Assembly: GCA_037133115.1 (NCBI GenBank)
Contig: JBAXOU010000002.1
Coordinates: 1-53,194, forward strand
Direction: 5' to 3'
Source: Planctomycetota bacterium
GTDB lineage: Bacteria > Planctomycetota > Planctomycetia > Pirellulales > UBA1268
DNA: 53,194 bases
This document shows, piece by piece, positions 29,498 through 37,448 of the stretch. The stretch's first letter is position 1; every line of letters begins with the position of its first letter. A program made the position numbers and the translations under genes. A model generated the notes under the pieces. The model made no database searches, had not been told where the DNA came from, and saw nothing but the letters and a program-made list of their open reading frames with translations.

Positions 29498-29627
29498 GGG
29501 GCTGCCCATGCCCGTCACCGGACGCTCGCTACGGGCATCCTGCCCTGCGCTCGCTCGATGCTGACTTCGCTTCGCCATCCATGGCTTCGCTCGTCAGCAA
29601 CGCCGGCTCCCGGGCATGGGCAGCCCC
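29498..29627. repeat. ~130-bp hairpin repeat, family 1, copy B
   Basis: GGGGCTGCCCATGCCCG...CGGGCATGGGCAGCCCC closing stem. Internal hairpins are GGGCA-TCC-TGCCC and GCTGAC...GTCAGC around CGCCATCCATGGCTTCGC. Confidence 0.85.
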
Positions 29628-29643
29628 TCGCTGAGTTCGTGCT

Positions 29644-29740
29644 CGTGAAAGCCGCAGGCCGTGAGGCCTCGGGCGACTCTCGCTGGGCTCCGTGTTCAGC
29701 CTGGACCCACCCCACGCCTTACGGCGTTGGGCTTGGACAG
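29644..29740 (+). repeat. Repeat family 2, forward copy
   Basis: CGTGAAAGCCGCAGGCCGTGAGGCCTCGGGCGAC ... CCCCACGCCTTACGGCGTTGGGCTTGGACAG. The reverse complement recurs at 44109..44206. Confidence 0.7.
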
Positions 29741-29843
29741 GCGGTTGCCCAAGACCGCAGGGCATGGATGGCCCGGCGTTGTCGCCTGGAGGTGCGACCG
29801 CCGGCATTCGAGCCGCACCTTGGCTGCGGCTCCGAATGCCCAA

Positions 29844-29866
29844 GCGAAAACGGGCAGGATGCCCGT
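29844..29866 (-). terminator. Candidate intrinsic terminator of the Tyr-rich gene
   Basis: The minus strand reads ACGGGCA-TCC-TGCCCGT then TTTCGC, starting 13 nt after the stop at 29880. Confidence 0.5.
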
Positions 29867-29879
29867 GTTTCGCGTGAAT

Positions 29880-30224
29880 TTAGAACACGTCGAGATGGAA
29901 GTGGTGGCCCTGGTAGTAGCGGCGCGACTTCGGGTATTCGTTCTGCCACGCCCGGTTGTAGACCGGCACCCGCATCTCCTGCGGATAGCGGTAGTAGAGG
30001 TCGTTGGCGCTCTGGTAGTAGCCGTCCTGGTAGAAGTTTTGCGGATACCAGACGTACGGATAGTGGTAGAGCCGGTTCCAGTCCTGGGCGTTGTAGGAGT
30101 TGCCCCACTGGTAGCCGTAGGCCTGCGTGCCGGCCCCAACGGGTGCCTGGGCGGCCGCGTCACGGGTGGTGAAAGCGACAAGCGCAAGGGCGGTGACCGC
30201 CCCGGCGGCGAAGGAACGAAGCAT
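29880..30224 (-). CDS. Small secreted Tyr/aromatic-rich protein (114 aa)
   Basis: Signal peptide AVTALALVAFTTRDAAAQA, 17 Tyr by my count, and the motifs YHYPYVWYPQNFYQDGYY and RRYYQGHHFHLDVF. It has its own downstream hairpin. Confidence 0.7.
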   Translation of the reverse strand: MLRSFAAGAVTALALVAFTTRDAAAQAPVGAGTQAYGYQWGNSYNAQDWNRLYHYPYVWYPQNFYQDGYYQSANDLYYRYPQEMRVPVYNRAWQNEYPKSRRYYQGHHFHLDVF

Positions 30225-30316
30225 CGGATTGGCCCCCTGAGAATCCAGTGTCAGGAGGAGTATCGACCGGCCCTACGATCGGTCTTCACGGAAAATTCCG
30301 CAGGGTCGCCCAGGTG

Positions 30317-31102
30317 TCAGGAGGCGGGGAACCGTCCCTCGGCGAGGTCGCGGTCCCACTCGTCGAGCAGCGGCCAGTGAGGGGCGCAGGTTCCGAAGTC
30401 GGCGAGGTTGAGATATCCCTTGAGGCGGGTGATGGTGGCGGCCAGCAGCCGGTCGTCCTTCCTGAAGATCGGACCGTGGCTCGGCAGCAGCCACTCCACG
30501 TCGCTGGCGGCGATCCGCTCGAGCGACTGGATGAACGACGGGATGTCGCTGCCGTGGTGGGCGTCGATCGCGCCGACCGAACCGTCGCGGTAGATGTTGT
30601 CGCCCGAGAGCAGCAGGTTACCCATTCGGAAGCCGAGCTGGCTGTCGGTGTGGCCAGGCGTGAGCCAGACTTCGAGCGACCGGCCGCCGACCTCGATCGT
30701 GTCGCCGTCGACGATCTGGCGGTCGACCTTCACCTTCGGCATCTCGAGGTGGACGTTCTGGGCGTCGATTTCGGCGAACGTCTTGATGCGATCGCCGTTC
30801 TCCAGCGACGGTACGGCCTTCGGATGGGCAAGCACCGGGGCCTTGAGGATCGACTTGGCCTTGGCGAGCCCCTGGATGTGGTCCACGTCGGCATGCGTGG
30901 CCACCAGCGCCCGGCACTGCGACAGCGGGAAGTCCATCTGCCGGATCAGCTCGACGATCTCGTCGACGCTCTCCTCGTAGCCGATGTCGATGAGCGCCCA
31001 GTCGCGGTCGTCGTAGACGAGGTAGACGTTGCAGCCGATCCGCCAGCCCGCCTGATAGTTCATCTCGATCACACCAGGAAAGACGGGACGGCGTTCGAGC
31101 AT
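30317..31102 (-). CDS. MBL-fold metallo-hydrolase
   Basis: VYLVYDDRDWALIDIG, the metal motif region ATHADVDHIQG (HxDxDH in place of HxHxDH), TPGHTDS and LLPSHGP. The start was trimmed to MLERRPV (ATG at 31102). Confidence 0.8.
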   Translation of the reverse strand: MLERRPVFPGVIEMNYQAGWRIGCNVYLVYDDRDWALIDIGYEESVDEIVELIRQMDFPLSQCRALVATHADVDHIQGLAKAKSILKAPVLAHPKAVPSLENGDRIKTFAEIDAQNVHLEMPKVKVDRQIVDGDTIEVGGRSLEVWLTPGHTDSQLGFRMGNLLLSGDNIYRDGSVGAIDAHHGSDIPSFIQSLERIAASDVEWLLPSHGPIFRKDDRLLAATITRLKGYLNLADFGTCAPHWPLLDEWDRDLAEGRFPAS

Positions 31103-31302
31103 GGCGGGGGAGGCGGACGAAAGGGGGAGGGCGTGCCGGGTTTGCGGGGAAATCCCGCCGAGGACACACTTGGTTCGGCTCGCGGTCGAGCACGACGGTC
31201 GCAGTCTAGGGTGGCGAAACGGCGGCGGCAACGAACGCCGCGGCCGTCCGGCCAGCGCAGTGGATCCACATACAGGAGCGAAGTGCCGAGTCGCGGCAGA
31301 GC

Positions 31303-33123
31303 ATGGTGTCCAGTGGCCAGTCCGCCGCGTCGTCGTTTGCCACCTGGGCCGGGAGCGTGGCCGAACTCTGCGATGCCGTCGATCGTCTAACGCCAGTGGC
31401 CGCCTCTCTCGGTGTCGCCGATGCGTCGGCTGCCGCGTGGCACGGCGCCCTCTACGGCAAGCTGCGGCCGCAGGTGTCGCGGGAGCCGCTGCTGGTCGCC
31501 GCCGTTTGCGGCGGCACGAACACCGGCAAGAGCCTGATCACCAACTCGCTCGTCGGCTCGGGCATCAGCCGCTCGACGCCCGAAGCCGCCCGCACGCTCC
31601 ATCCTGTCGCCAGCCTCGCCCGGGGCGTCGCCGCCCGCACCGATCTGGCCGCGCTCTTCCCGGGCTTCCGGCCGGTCGCCTGGCGGAGCGAGGCCGACGC
31701 GGTCGATGCCGCGGCCGCCGACGTGCTCGTCTGGAGGGAAGAATCCGGTGGCGAGCAGCCCGAGCGGCTCGTCGTCCTCGACACGCCCGACATCGACGGC
31801 ACCCTGCGAGAGAACTGGCACCGGGCCGAACTGGTCCGCAATGCCGCCGACGTGATCGTCGCCGTGCTCACGCAGCAGAAGTACAACGATGCCGCGGTCC
31901 GCGACTTCTTCGCGGCCGCCGCGGCGGCCGGCAAGACGGTGATCGTCGTCTTCAACATGGTGGACTGGCCGCGGCAGCGTGAGCGGATCCCCGGCTGGCT
32001 GGCCACGTTCGCTGCCGAGACGGGCGTTGTGGCGGCGGCGGTCTATGCCGGACCGCACGACTTCGACGCCGCCGAGGCGGGCAGGATCACGCTGCATCCG
32101 CTTCCCGAACTCACGCCCGGCGCTGCCGATGTGCCGCTCAAGGAGCGGCTCGCGACCGGTGACTTCGACCGCATCAAACGGCAGGCGATGGCCGGCGCGA
32201 TGCGGGTGGTGGCCGATCCTGAGCAGGGGCTGGCAGGCTGGCTTGACGCCATCGACCGAGCCGCCGCCGGCTGGCGAGATGCGCAGCGGCTCCTGGAACG
32301 CGAGGGTCGAGTGCAGGTGGAACTGCCGTCACCGCCTCGGGAGATCGTCTGGGACGAGGTCTGGACGTGGCTCGAGCCGCGGCGATCGGCGGTCGATCTT
32401 GTGGTCAGCAGCGGTTATCGCACCGTGGGCCAGGGGATGTCGTGGGCCGCTCGCCGGCTCGGCGTCGGTCGCACGGCCGCGGAGCGGAAAGAAGACTTCG
32501 CCGCCACCGAACTCGAGGCGCTCAAGCGGGCCCTCGCCGACTTCATCGATCGGCTCGACGACTCCTGCCGGCGCGACGACCGACTGGGACGGCTGCTCGG
32601 ACCCCGGCTCGCGACCGGCGACCGCAAGGCGTGGTACGCCGACCTCGAGCGGCGGCATGCGGCGCTGCCGCTGGTGTCGGAGGACTATCGCACCTTCGTG
32701 CGGGCCGAACTCGACCGGTTCGCCGCCGCGAATCCCGGGATGGTGAAGGCGGTGCTCACTGGGCTCACCGTCGGATCGGTCGTGCGGCCGGTGATGACGC
32801 TGGCGCTCTTCAGCGCGGGGGCCGCCGCCGTGCCCGCGGCGGCGGGCGTCTTGCATCACGTGCTCGACTTCGGTGTCGCGGTGGCGGCGCCGCTGGCAGG
32901 CGAGGGGGCCGTCGCGGCGGCGTCGCAGGGCATTCGGCCGCTGATCGAGCGGCTGTTCGCCGGCTGGTCGGCGGAACGAGGGCGGATTCTCGCCGAGACG
33001 CTCCACAACGTGGTGCTCGGCGACGGCGTCGAGGAGATCGGGCGGCTGGCATCATCGGGCTCGCGGCCCGAACTCGTTCGGGCACGACACCTGCTCGTGG
33101 AATGTTCGCGGGAGTGCGGCTGA
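31303..33123 (+). CDS. Dynamin-like / P-loop NTPase, paralog 1 (606 aa)
   Basis: Walker A VCGGTNTGKSLITN, VVLDTPDIDG, VAVLTQQKYND, a long helical region and a C-terminal hydrophobic segment (LTGLTVGSVVRPVMTLALFSAGAAAVPAAAG). Confidence 0.7.
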   Translation: MVSSGQSAASSFATWAGSVAELCDAVDRLTPVAASLGVADASAAAWHGALYGKLRPQVSREPLLVAAVCGGTNTGKSLITNSLVGSGISRSTPEAARTLHPVASLARGVAARTDLAALFPGFRPVAWRSEADAVDAAAADVLVWREESGGEQPERLVVLDTPDIDGTLRENWHRAELVRNAADVIVAVLTQQKYNDAAVRDFFAAAAAAGKTVIVVFNMVDWPRQRERIPGWLATFAAETGVVAAAVYAGPHDFDAAEAGRITLHPLPELTPGAADVPLKERLATGDFDRIKRQAMAGAMRVVADPEQGLAGWLDAIDRAAAGWRDAQRLLEREGRVQVELPSPPREIVWDEVWTWLEPRRSAVDLVVSSGYRTVGQGMSWAARRLGVGRTAAERKEDFAATELEALKRALADFIDRLDDSCRRDDRLGRLLGPRLATGDRKAWYADLERRHAALPLVSEDYRTFVRAELDRFAAANPGMVKAVLTGLTVGSVVRPVMTLALFSAGAAAVPAAAGVLHHVLDFGVAVAAPLAGEGAVAAASQGIRPLIERLFAGWSAERGRILAETLHNVVLGDGVEEIGRLASSGSRPELVRARHLLVECSRECG

Positions 33124-33125
33124 CG

Positions 33126-34958
33126 ATGGACACACCGAACGGATCATCGTCGTCCACTGCGGCTGCCGAGCCCGACTTCGCGGCGTTCGATCTGCTCGTC
33201 GAGGCGCTCGGCCGCTGGGCGCCATCCGGCCCCGCCTGGCCGCCCGCCCGCCGGGTGAGAAGCGAGTGGGAGGGCGTGGCCCCGCGACTCGACAAGGCGC
33301 GATTGGAACTCTCACGGGTGCTCGTCGTGGGCGTGGTCGGCGGCACCGGCACGGGTAAGAGCACGCTCGTCAACGCCTTGGCCGGCAGCGAGGTGACCAC
33401 GGCCGGCGACGTGGCCCGGCCCACGACCATCAATCCCGTCGTCGTGGCGGCCCGCGATGTGGATGTCTCGTGGCTGCCGCTGGATGTGATGCAGGCGCGG
33501 CTCGTGCGGAGCGACTCGCCCGCGGTCGCCAACATCGTACTCGTCGACTGCCCCGATCCCGACACGCAGGCCGCGGCAGGGACGCCATCCGCAGAGTCGT
33601 CGAAGCCGAGCGCCGCCAATCGCAACCGCGACCTGCTCGAGGCGGTGCTGCCGGCCTGCGACGTGCTCCTGCTGGTCTCGACGGCGCAGAAGTACCGCTC
33701 GTGGATCGTGGCCCGCGAGGTGGCGGCCTTCGCGCCCGGCCGGCCGCTGCTCTTCGTGCAGACCCACGCCTCCCGCGATCCCGACATCCGCGATGATTGG
33801 CGGAAGGAGCTGGAGTCGCAAGGCTTCGATGTGCCAAGAATCTTCCGCATCGATGGGGTCGAGGCGACGGCGCGTGCTGCGGCCGGACTCGAACCCGAGC
33901 CCGGCTTCCGCGACCTCGTGGCGGCGATCGATGGGGAACTCGCAGGCCGCGCGGCTAGGCGGGTGCGCCGCACCGGCGCCCTCGACCTCGCCGCCTGGTT
34001 CACGCGGCAGGCGCGGACTGACCTTGCCGCGAGCGGGGAAATGGTGGCGGCGCTCGCGGCCGGTGTCGACGCGGAACGGAGCCGTCTGGAATCGATCCTC
34101 GCCCGCTCGATCAGCGAGACGCTCCGCGCCAACCGCTCGGCCTGGCAGCGGCTGATCGCCGACGATGTGGTGGCCCGCTGGCACGGCGGACCGTTCGCGA
34201 GTTTCCTGCACGTGATCGCGGCGCTGGGGTCGCTGTGGAGTCGCGTGCGGCCCGGAACGGGTGTCGTCGGCAGGCTGCTGGCCGGCCAGTCGATGTCTGG
34301 CACCGGCCGGGATGGCGGCTGGAAGGCGGTCGAGGAACTTGGGCTGCCGGCCGGAGAAGTGGAGCAGTCGCGGAGCGTGCTCGCAGGACTCGCCGCGCGG
34401 GCAGGCATGCAGGAGCCGCTTGTTGGCCGGGCGCGGCTCGATGACGCTGCCGCCTCCGCGGCGACTGCGGCGCTCGTCGATCGCGCGGGAGCGTGGCTCT
34501 CTGCCGGCATCGACCAACTCGTGGCGGAGCGTCGCGGCCGCGTCGGTCGTTCCGCTTACCACTGGCTCTTCGAAACGCTCTTCTCGGCGCTCCTGGTCAC
34601 CGTGCTCGTGCGGGCCGGCTGGAACTTCTTCCACGGCAACCTCTGGGAGGGAAAGCCCGTCTCTGGTATTGGCTTTCTCGAGGAGGCGATCGTCTGGGTG
34701 ATCCTCTGGGGGCTACTGCTCCGCTGGCTGATCTTCGCGCTGGTGCGGCTGGGCCTCGACCGCGACATCCAGGGGCTCGTCGGCTCCGTCGCCTCGTCGC
34801 GGCTCGTTGATCCCCTGCTTGCCGACTTCGCGGTGGCCGCCGCTGGTGCCTCAGCATGGATCGACGAGGGCATGCGACTCGGTGCCGAGGCTGACCGTCT
34901 CGCCGGCGGCTGCGGCGAGACAACCGGACTCGGCCGACTGCGGAGGCCGGGGACGTGA
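33126..34958 (+). CDS. Dynamin-like / P-loop NTPase, paralog 2 (610 aa) with a C-terminal TM hairpin
   Basis: VVGGTGTGKSTLVNALAG, IVLVDCPDPD, LLVSTAQKYRS and two predicted TM helices (LFETLFSALLVTVLV, AIVWVILWGLLLRWLIFALV). The ATG lies 2 nt after the paralog 1 stop. The ORF track's longer 863-aa form is an upstream read-through of the same frame. Confidence 0.7.
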   Translation: MDTPNGSSSSTAAAEPDFAAFDLLVEALGRWAPSGPAWPPARRVRSEWEGVAPRLDKARLELSRVLVVGVVGGTGTGKSTLVNALAGSEVTTAGDVARPTTINPVVVAARDVDVSWLPLDVMQARLVRSDSPAVANIVLVDCPDPDTQAAAGTPSAESSKPSAANRNRDLLEAVLPACDVLLLVSTAQKYRSWIVAREVAAFAPGRPLLFVQTHASRDPDIRDDWRKELESQGFDVPRIFRIDGVEATARAAAGLEPEPGFRDLVAAIDGELAGRAARRVRRTGALDLAAWFTRQARTDLAASGEMVAALAAGVDAERSRLESILARSISETLRANRSAWQRLIADDVVARWHGGPFASFLHVIAALGSLWSRVRPGTGVVGRLLAGQSMSGTGRDGGWKAVEELGLPAGEVEQSRSVLAGLAARAGMQEPLVGRARLDDAAASAATAALVDRAGAWLSAGIDQLVAERRGRVGRSAYHWLFETLFSALLVTVLVRAGWNFFHGNLWEGKPVSGIGFLEEAIVWVILWGLLLRWLIFALVRLGLDRDIQGLVGSVASSRLVDPLLADFAVAAAGASAWIDEGMRLGAEADRLAGGCGETTGLGRLRRPGT

Positions 34959-36469
34959 TCGGCTGCCGACACACAATCGTGGCAGTCGCCTGCGTCGTGG
35001 CCGCCACAGTCTCGTGGGCCGGCGCCGCCGAACTCGATGAGATCCAATCGCGGAGGGAACTGGTCTGGGCCGGCGATCAGGAGGGGGGCGGGCCCCACGT
35101 GTTTCCGGATCCTGCCAACCCGCGGCGGCTGACCGGCTTCGAGGTGGAGTTCGCCAAACTGCTTGCCGGCGAACTCGGCGTGAAGGCCCGCTTCCAGCAG
35201 GGGCAGTGGGACCGGCTGCCGCTCCTGCTCGACCAGTCGGTCGACTGCGTGATCAACGGCCTCGAGCTCACGCCCGAGCGGCGGCGAGACTACGGCTGCT
35301 CGCGTCCCTACTTCGGCTATGCGCTGCAGATGGTGGGCCGCCGCGCCGCGCCACCGGCGACGCTCGCCGACCTCGCCGAACCCGGACCATCGGGGGCGTG
35401 GCGGATCGGCGTGCTCACCGGCTCGGCCGCCGAGATCGAGATGCGGGCCCGCGCCGCCCGCGGTGAGGCCCAGATCGAGGTGATCGGCTACGACGGCACG
35501 CTCGACTCGATGGAGCAGGTACAGACCGGCGTGCTCGATGCCGCCGTGCTCGACGACTGCATCGTCGCCTTCTACGCCGATCGCTTCGCCGGGCTGCGAA
35601 ACGTTGATCGGCCATTCGCCGGTGGCCTCTACACCGTGCTCACCTCCCACCGCACGCCGAAGCTCGCCGCCGCGATCGACGAGGCCATCGGCAGACTGAT
35701 CGCCGACGGCCGGCTCAAGACACTCTACGATCGCTGGGACCTCGCCGGCCGGCAGCAGATGCTCATGCTTCGCGACGCAGCCGAGATTCCTGTCGCCCGC
35801 GGCCGCACGCTCGGCGAACTCCTCCGGCAGGCACTGCCGCTCTTGCTTTCTTCGGCCGGCATGACGGTGCTGCTGTCGTGCACCGCGTTCCCGCTGGCGG
35901 TCGCGGCCGGCCTGGCCGTGGCGGTCGGTCGGCTGTACGGCCCGGCCTGGCTCAGGCCGCTGCTCACCGGCTACGTCGAGGTGCTCCGCGGCACGCCGCT
36001 GATGCTCCAGCTCTACGCCATCTTCTTCCTGCTGCCAAAGATCGGCCTCGCTCTGCCGGCACTCGCGGCGGCGATCATCGGCCTCGCGCTCAACTACTCC
36101 GCCTACGAGTCGGAGATCTATCGGGCAGGTCTCAAGGCGGTTCCGCTCGGGCAGTTCGAGGCGGCCCTGTCGCTCGGGCTCACGAAGTGGCAGGCGCTGC
36201 GGCACGTGCTCGTGCCGCAGGCGGTGCGGATCGTGATGCCGCCGGTCACGAGCGACTTCATCGCGCTGTTCAAGGACACGAGCGTCTGTTCGGCGATCAC
36301 CGTGATCGAGCTGACCAAGCGATACAGCGTGCTCGCCCTCTCGACGGGCCGGATCGTGGAACTGGCGGTGGTGACGGCGGTGCTCTACCTCTGTATGAGT
36401 TGGCCGCTCGCGCTGCTCTCGCGGTGGTTCGAGTCGCGGCTCGACCGGCCGGCGGAGGGCGGGCCGTGA
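34955..36469 (+). CDS. Fused amino-acid ABC transporter substrate-binding domain and permease
   Basis: A signal peptide and a family-3 SBP-like region (GFEVEFAKLLAGELGV...DCVINGLELTPERR) are followed by a HisM/GlnP-type permease (GTPLMLQLYAIFFLLP, LNYSAYESEIYRAGL). The GTG start overlaps the upstream stop (GTGA). Confidence 0.85.
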   Translation: MIGCRHTIVAVACVVAATVSWAGAAELDEIQSRRELVWAGDQEGGGPHVFPDPANPRRLTGFEVEFAKLLAGELGVKARFQQGQWDRLPLLLDQSVDCVINGLELTPERRRDYGCSRPYFGYALQMVGRRAAPPATLADLAEPGPSGAWRIGVLTGSAAEIEMRARAARGEAQIEVIGYDGTLDSMEQVQTGVLDAAVLDDCIVAFYADRFAGLRNVDRPFAGGLYTVLTSHRTPKLAAAIDEAIGRLIADGRLKTLYDRWDLAGRQQMLMLRDAAEIPVARGRTLGELLRQALPLLLSSAGMTVLLSCTAFPLAVAAGLAVAVGRLYGPAWLRPLLTGYVEVLRGTPLMLQLYAIFFLLPKIGLALPALAAAIIGLALNYSAYESEIYRAGLKAVPLGQFEAALSLGLTKWQALRHVLVPQAVRIVMPPVTSDFIALFKDTSVCSAITVIELTKRYSVLALSTGRIVELAVVTAVLYLCMSWPLALLSRWFESRLDRPAEGGP

Positions 36470-36474
36470 AGGGC

Positions 36475-37173
36475 ATGGCGAACCGCATGATCGAAGTCGA
36501 CTCGTTGACGAAGCAACGCGCCGGCAGGCCGGTGCTCGATGCCGTGAGCCTTCGCGGCACCGAGGCTGGCGTGACGGTGCTTGTCGGTGCTTCGGGCAGC
36601 GGCAAGAGCACGCTGCTCCGCTGCCTCAACGGCCTCGAGATCTTCGAGGGGGGCTCCATCACGATCGCCGGCCACCGGCTCGCCGCCGGCGGTCAGTCCA
36701 CCGTGGGGCTCGATGACCTGCGGCGGGATGTCGGCATGGTGTTTCAGCAGTTCAACCTCTTTCCGCATCTCTCCGTGCTCGACAACGTGATGCTTGCCCC
36801 GCGGGTGGTGTCAAAGCTGCCCGTCGAGGAGGCGCGGTCTCGCGCCGTCGATCTGCTCGACCGGGTCGGACTCTCCGCCTTTGCCGCGGCCCGGCCGGCC
36901 ACGCTCTCCGGTGGGCAGCAGCAGCGGGTGGCGATCGCGCGGGCGCTGGCGATGCGGCCGCGGGTGATGCTCTTCGACGAACCAACCAGCGCCCTCGACC
37001 CCACGATGACCTCCGAGGTGCTGGAGGTGATCGTCGATCTCGCGAAGGGGGGGCAGACCATGGTGGTGGTGACGCATGACTACGGCTTCGCGAAGCGGGC
37101 CGCGACCTGGGTCGTGGAACTTGCCGCCGGCCGGGTCATCCGTCAGGGCACGGCCACCGAGGTGCTGCCGTAG
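36475..37173 (+). CDS. Amino-acid ABC transporter ATP-binding protein
   Basis: Walker A GASGSGKST, signature LSGGQQQRVAIARAL and Walker B VMLFDEPTSALD. An alternative GTG start at 36466 overlaps the permease stop. Confidence 0.9.
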   Translation: MANRMIEVDSLTKQRAGRPVLDAVSLRGTEAGVTVLVGASGSGKSTLLRCLNGLEIFEGGSITIAGHRLAAGGQSTVGLDDLRRDVGMVFQQFNLFPHLSVLDNVMLAPRVVSKLPVEEARSRAVDLLDRVGLSAFAAARPATLSGGQQQRVAIARALAMRPRVMLFDEPTSALDPTMTSEVLEVIVDLAKGGQTMVVVTHDYGFAKRAATWVVELAAGRVIRQGTATEVLP

Positions 37174-37183
37174 CGGTTGCTTT

Positions 37184-37274
37184 CGTAGCATAGGTTTTCA
37201 ACCTGTGTGTCCTGCGTAGCACAGGTTGTCAACCTGTGTGCCCCACGTAGCACAGGTTTTCAACCTGTGTGTCT
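37184..37274. repeat. Three tandem 31-bp units of the GTAGC-AGGTTNTCAACCT palindrome family
   Basis: GTAGCATAGGTTTTCAACCTGTGTG, GTAGCACAGGTTGTCAACCTGTGTG and GTAGCACAGGTTTTCAACCTGTGTG start at 37185, 37216 and 37247. They lie between convergent genes. Confidence 0.85.
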
Positions 37275-37359
37275 TTTCGATTCGCAGTGAGCTTGAGACT
37301 GTAAACGCATCATCCTGCACGGGCCATGGAAGGGCCGTGCAGGCTTCTACACAGCAACG

Positions 37360-37395
37360 AAAAAACTCCGCCCGGGGGTTTCCCCCCGGGCGGAG
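37360..37395 (-). terminator. Strong intrinsic terminator of the Cys-rich gene
   Basis: The minus strand reads CTCCGCCCGGGGG-GAAA-CCCCCGGGCGGAG followed by TTTTTT, ~55 nt after the stop at 37449. Confidence 0.8.
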
Positions 37396-37448
37396 CTCAC
37401 TGGCCGAAGTCGGGCAACAGATCTCCGTTCGACCTATTGACCCTCAAC

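Noticed and set aside
32810-34634. 566-aa and 440-aa minus-strand ORFs
   Set aside because: Both are antisense to the second NTPase gene. They are Ser/Arg/Pro/Ala-rich low-complexity translations.
34556-36205. 549-aa minus-strand ORF
   Set aside because: It is antisense to the ABC SBP-permease gene, which has clear permease motifs.
37184-37274. Possible CRISPR array
   Set aside because: There are only three 31-bp units with essentially no unique spacers, and each unit is itself a palindrome. No cas genes are present. I treat it as a tandem palindromic repeat.
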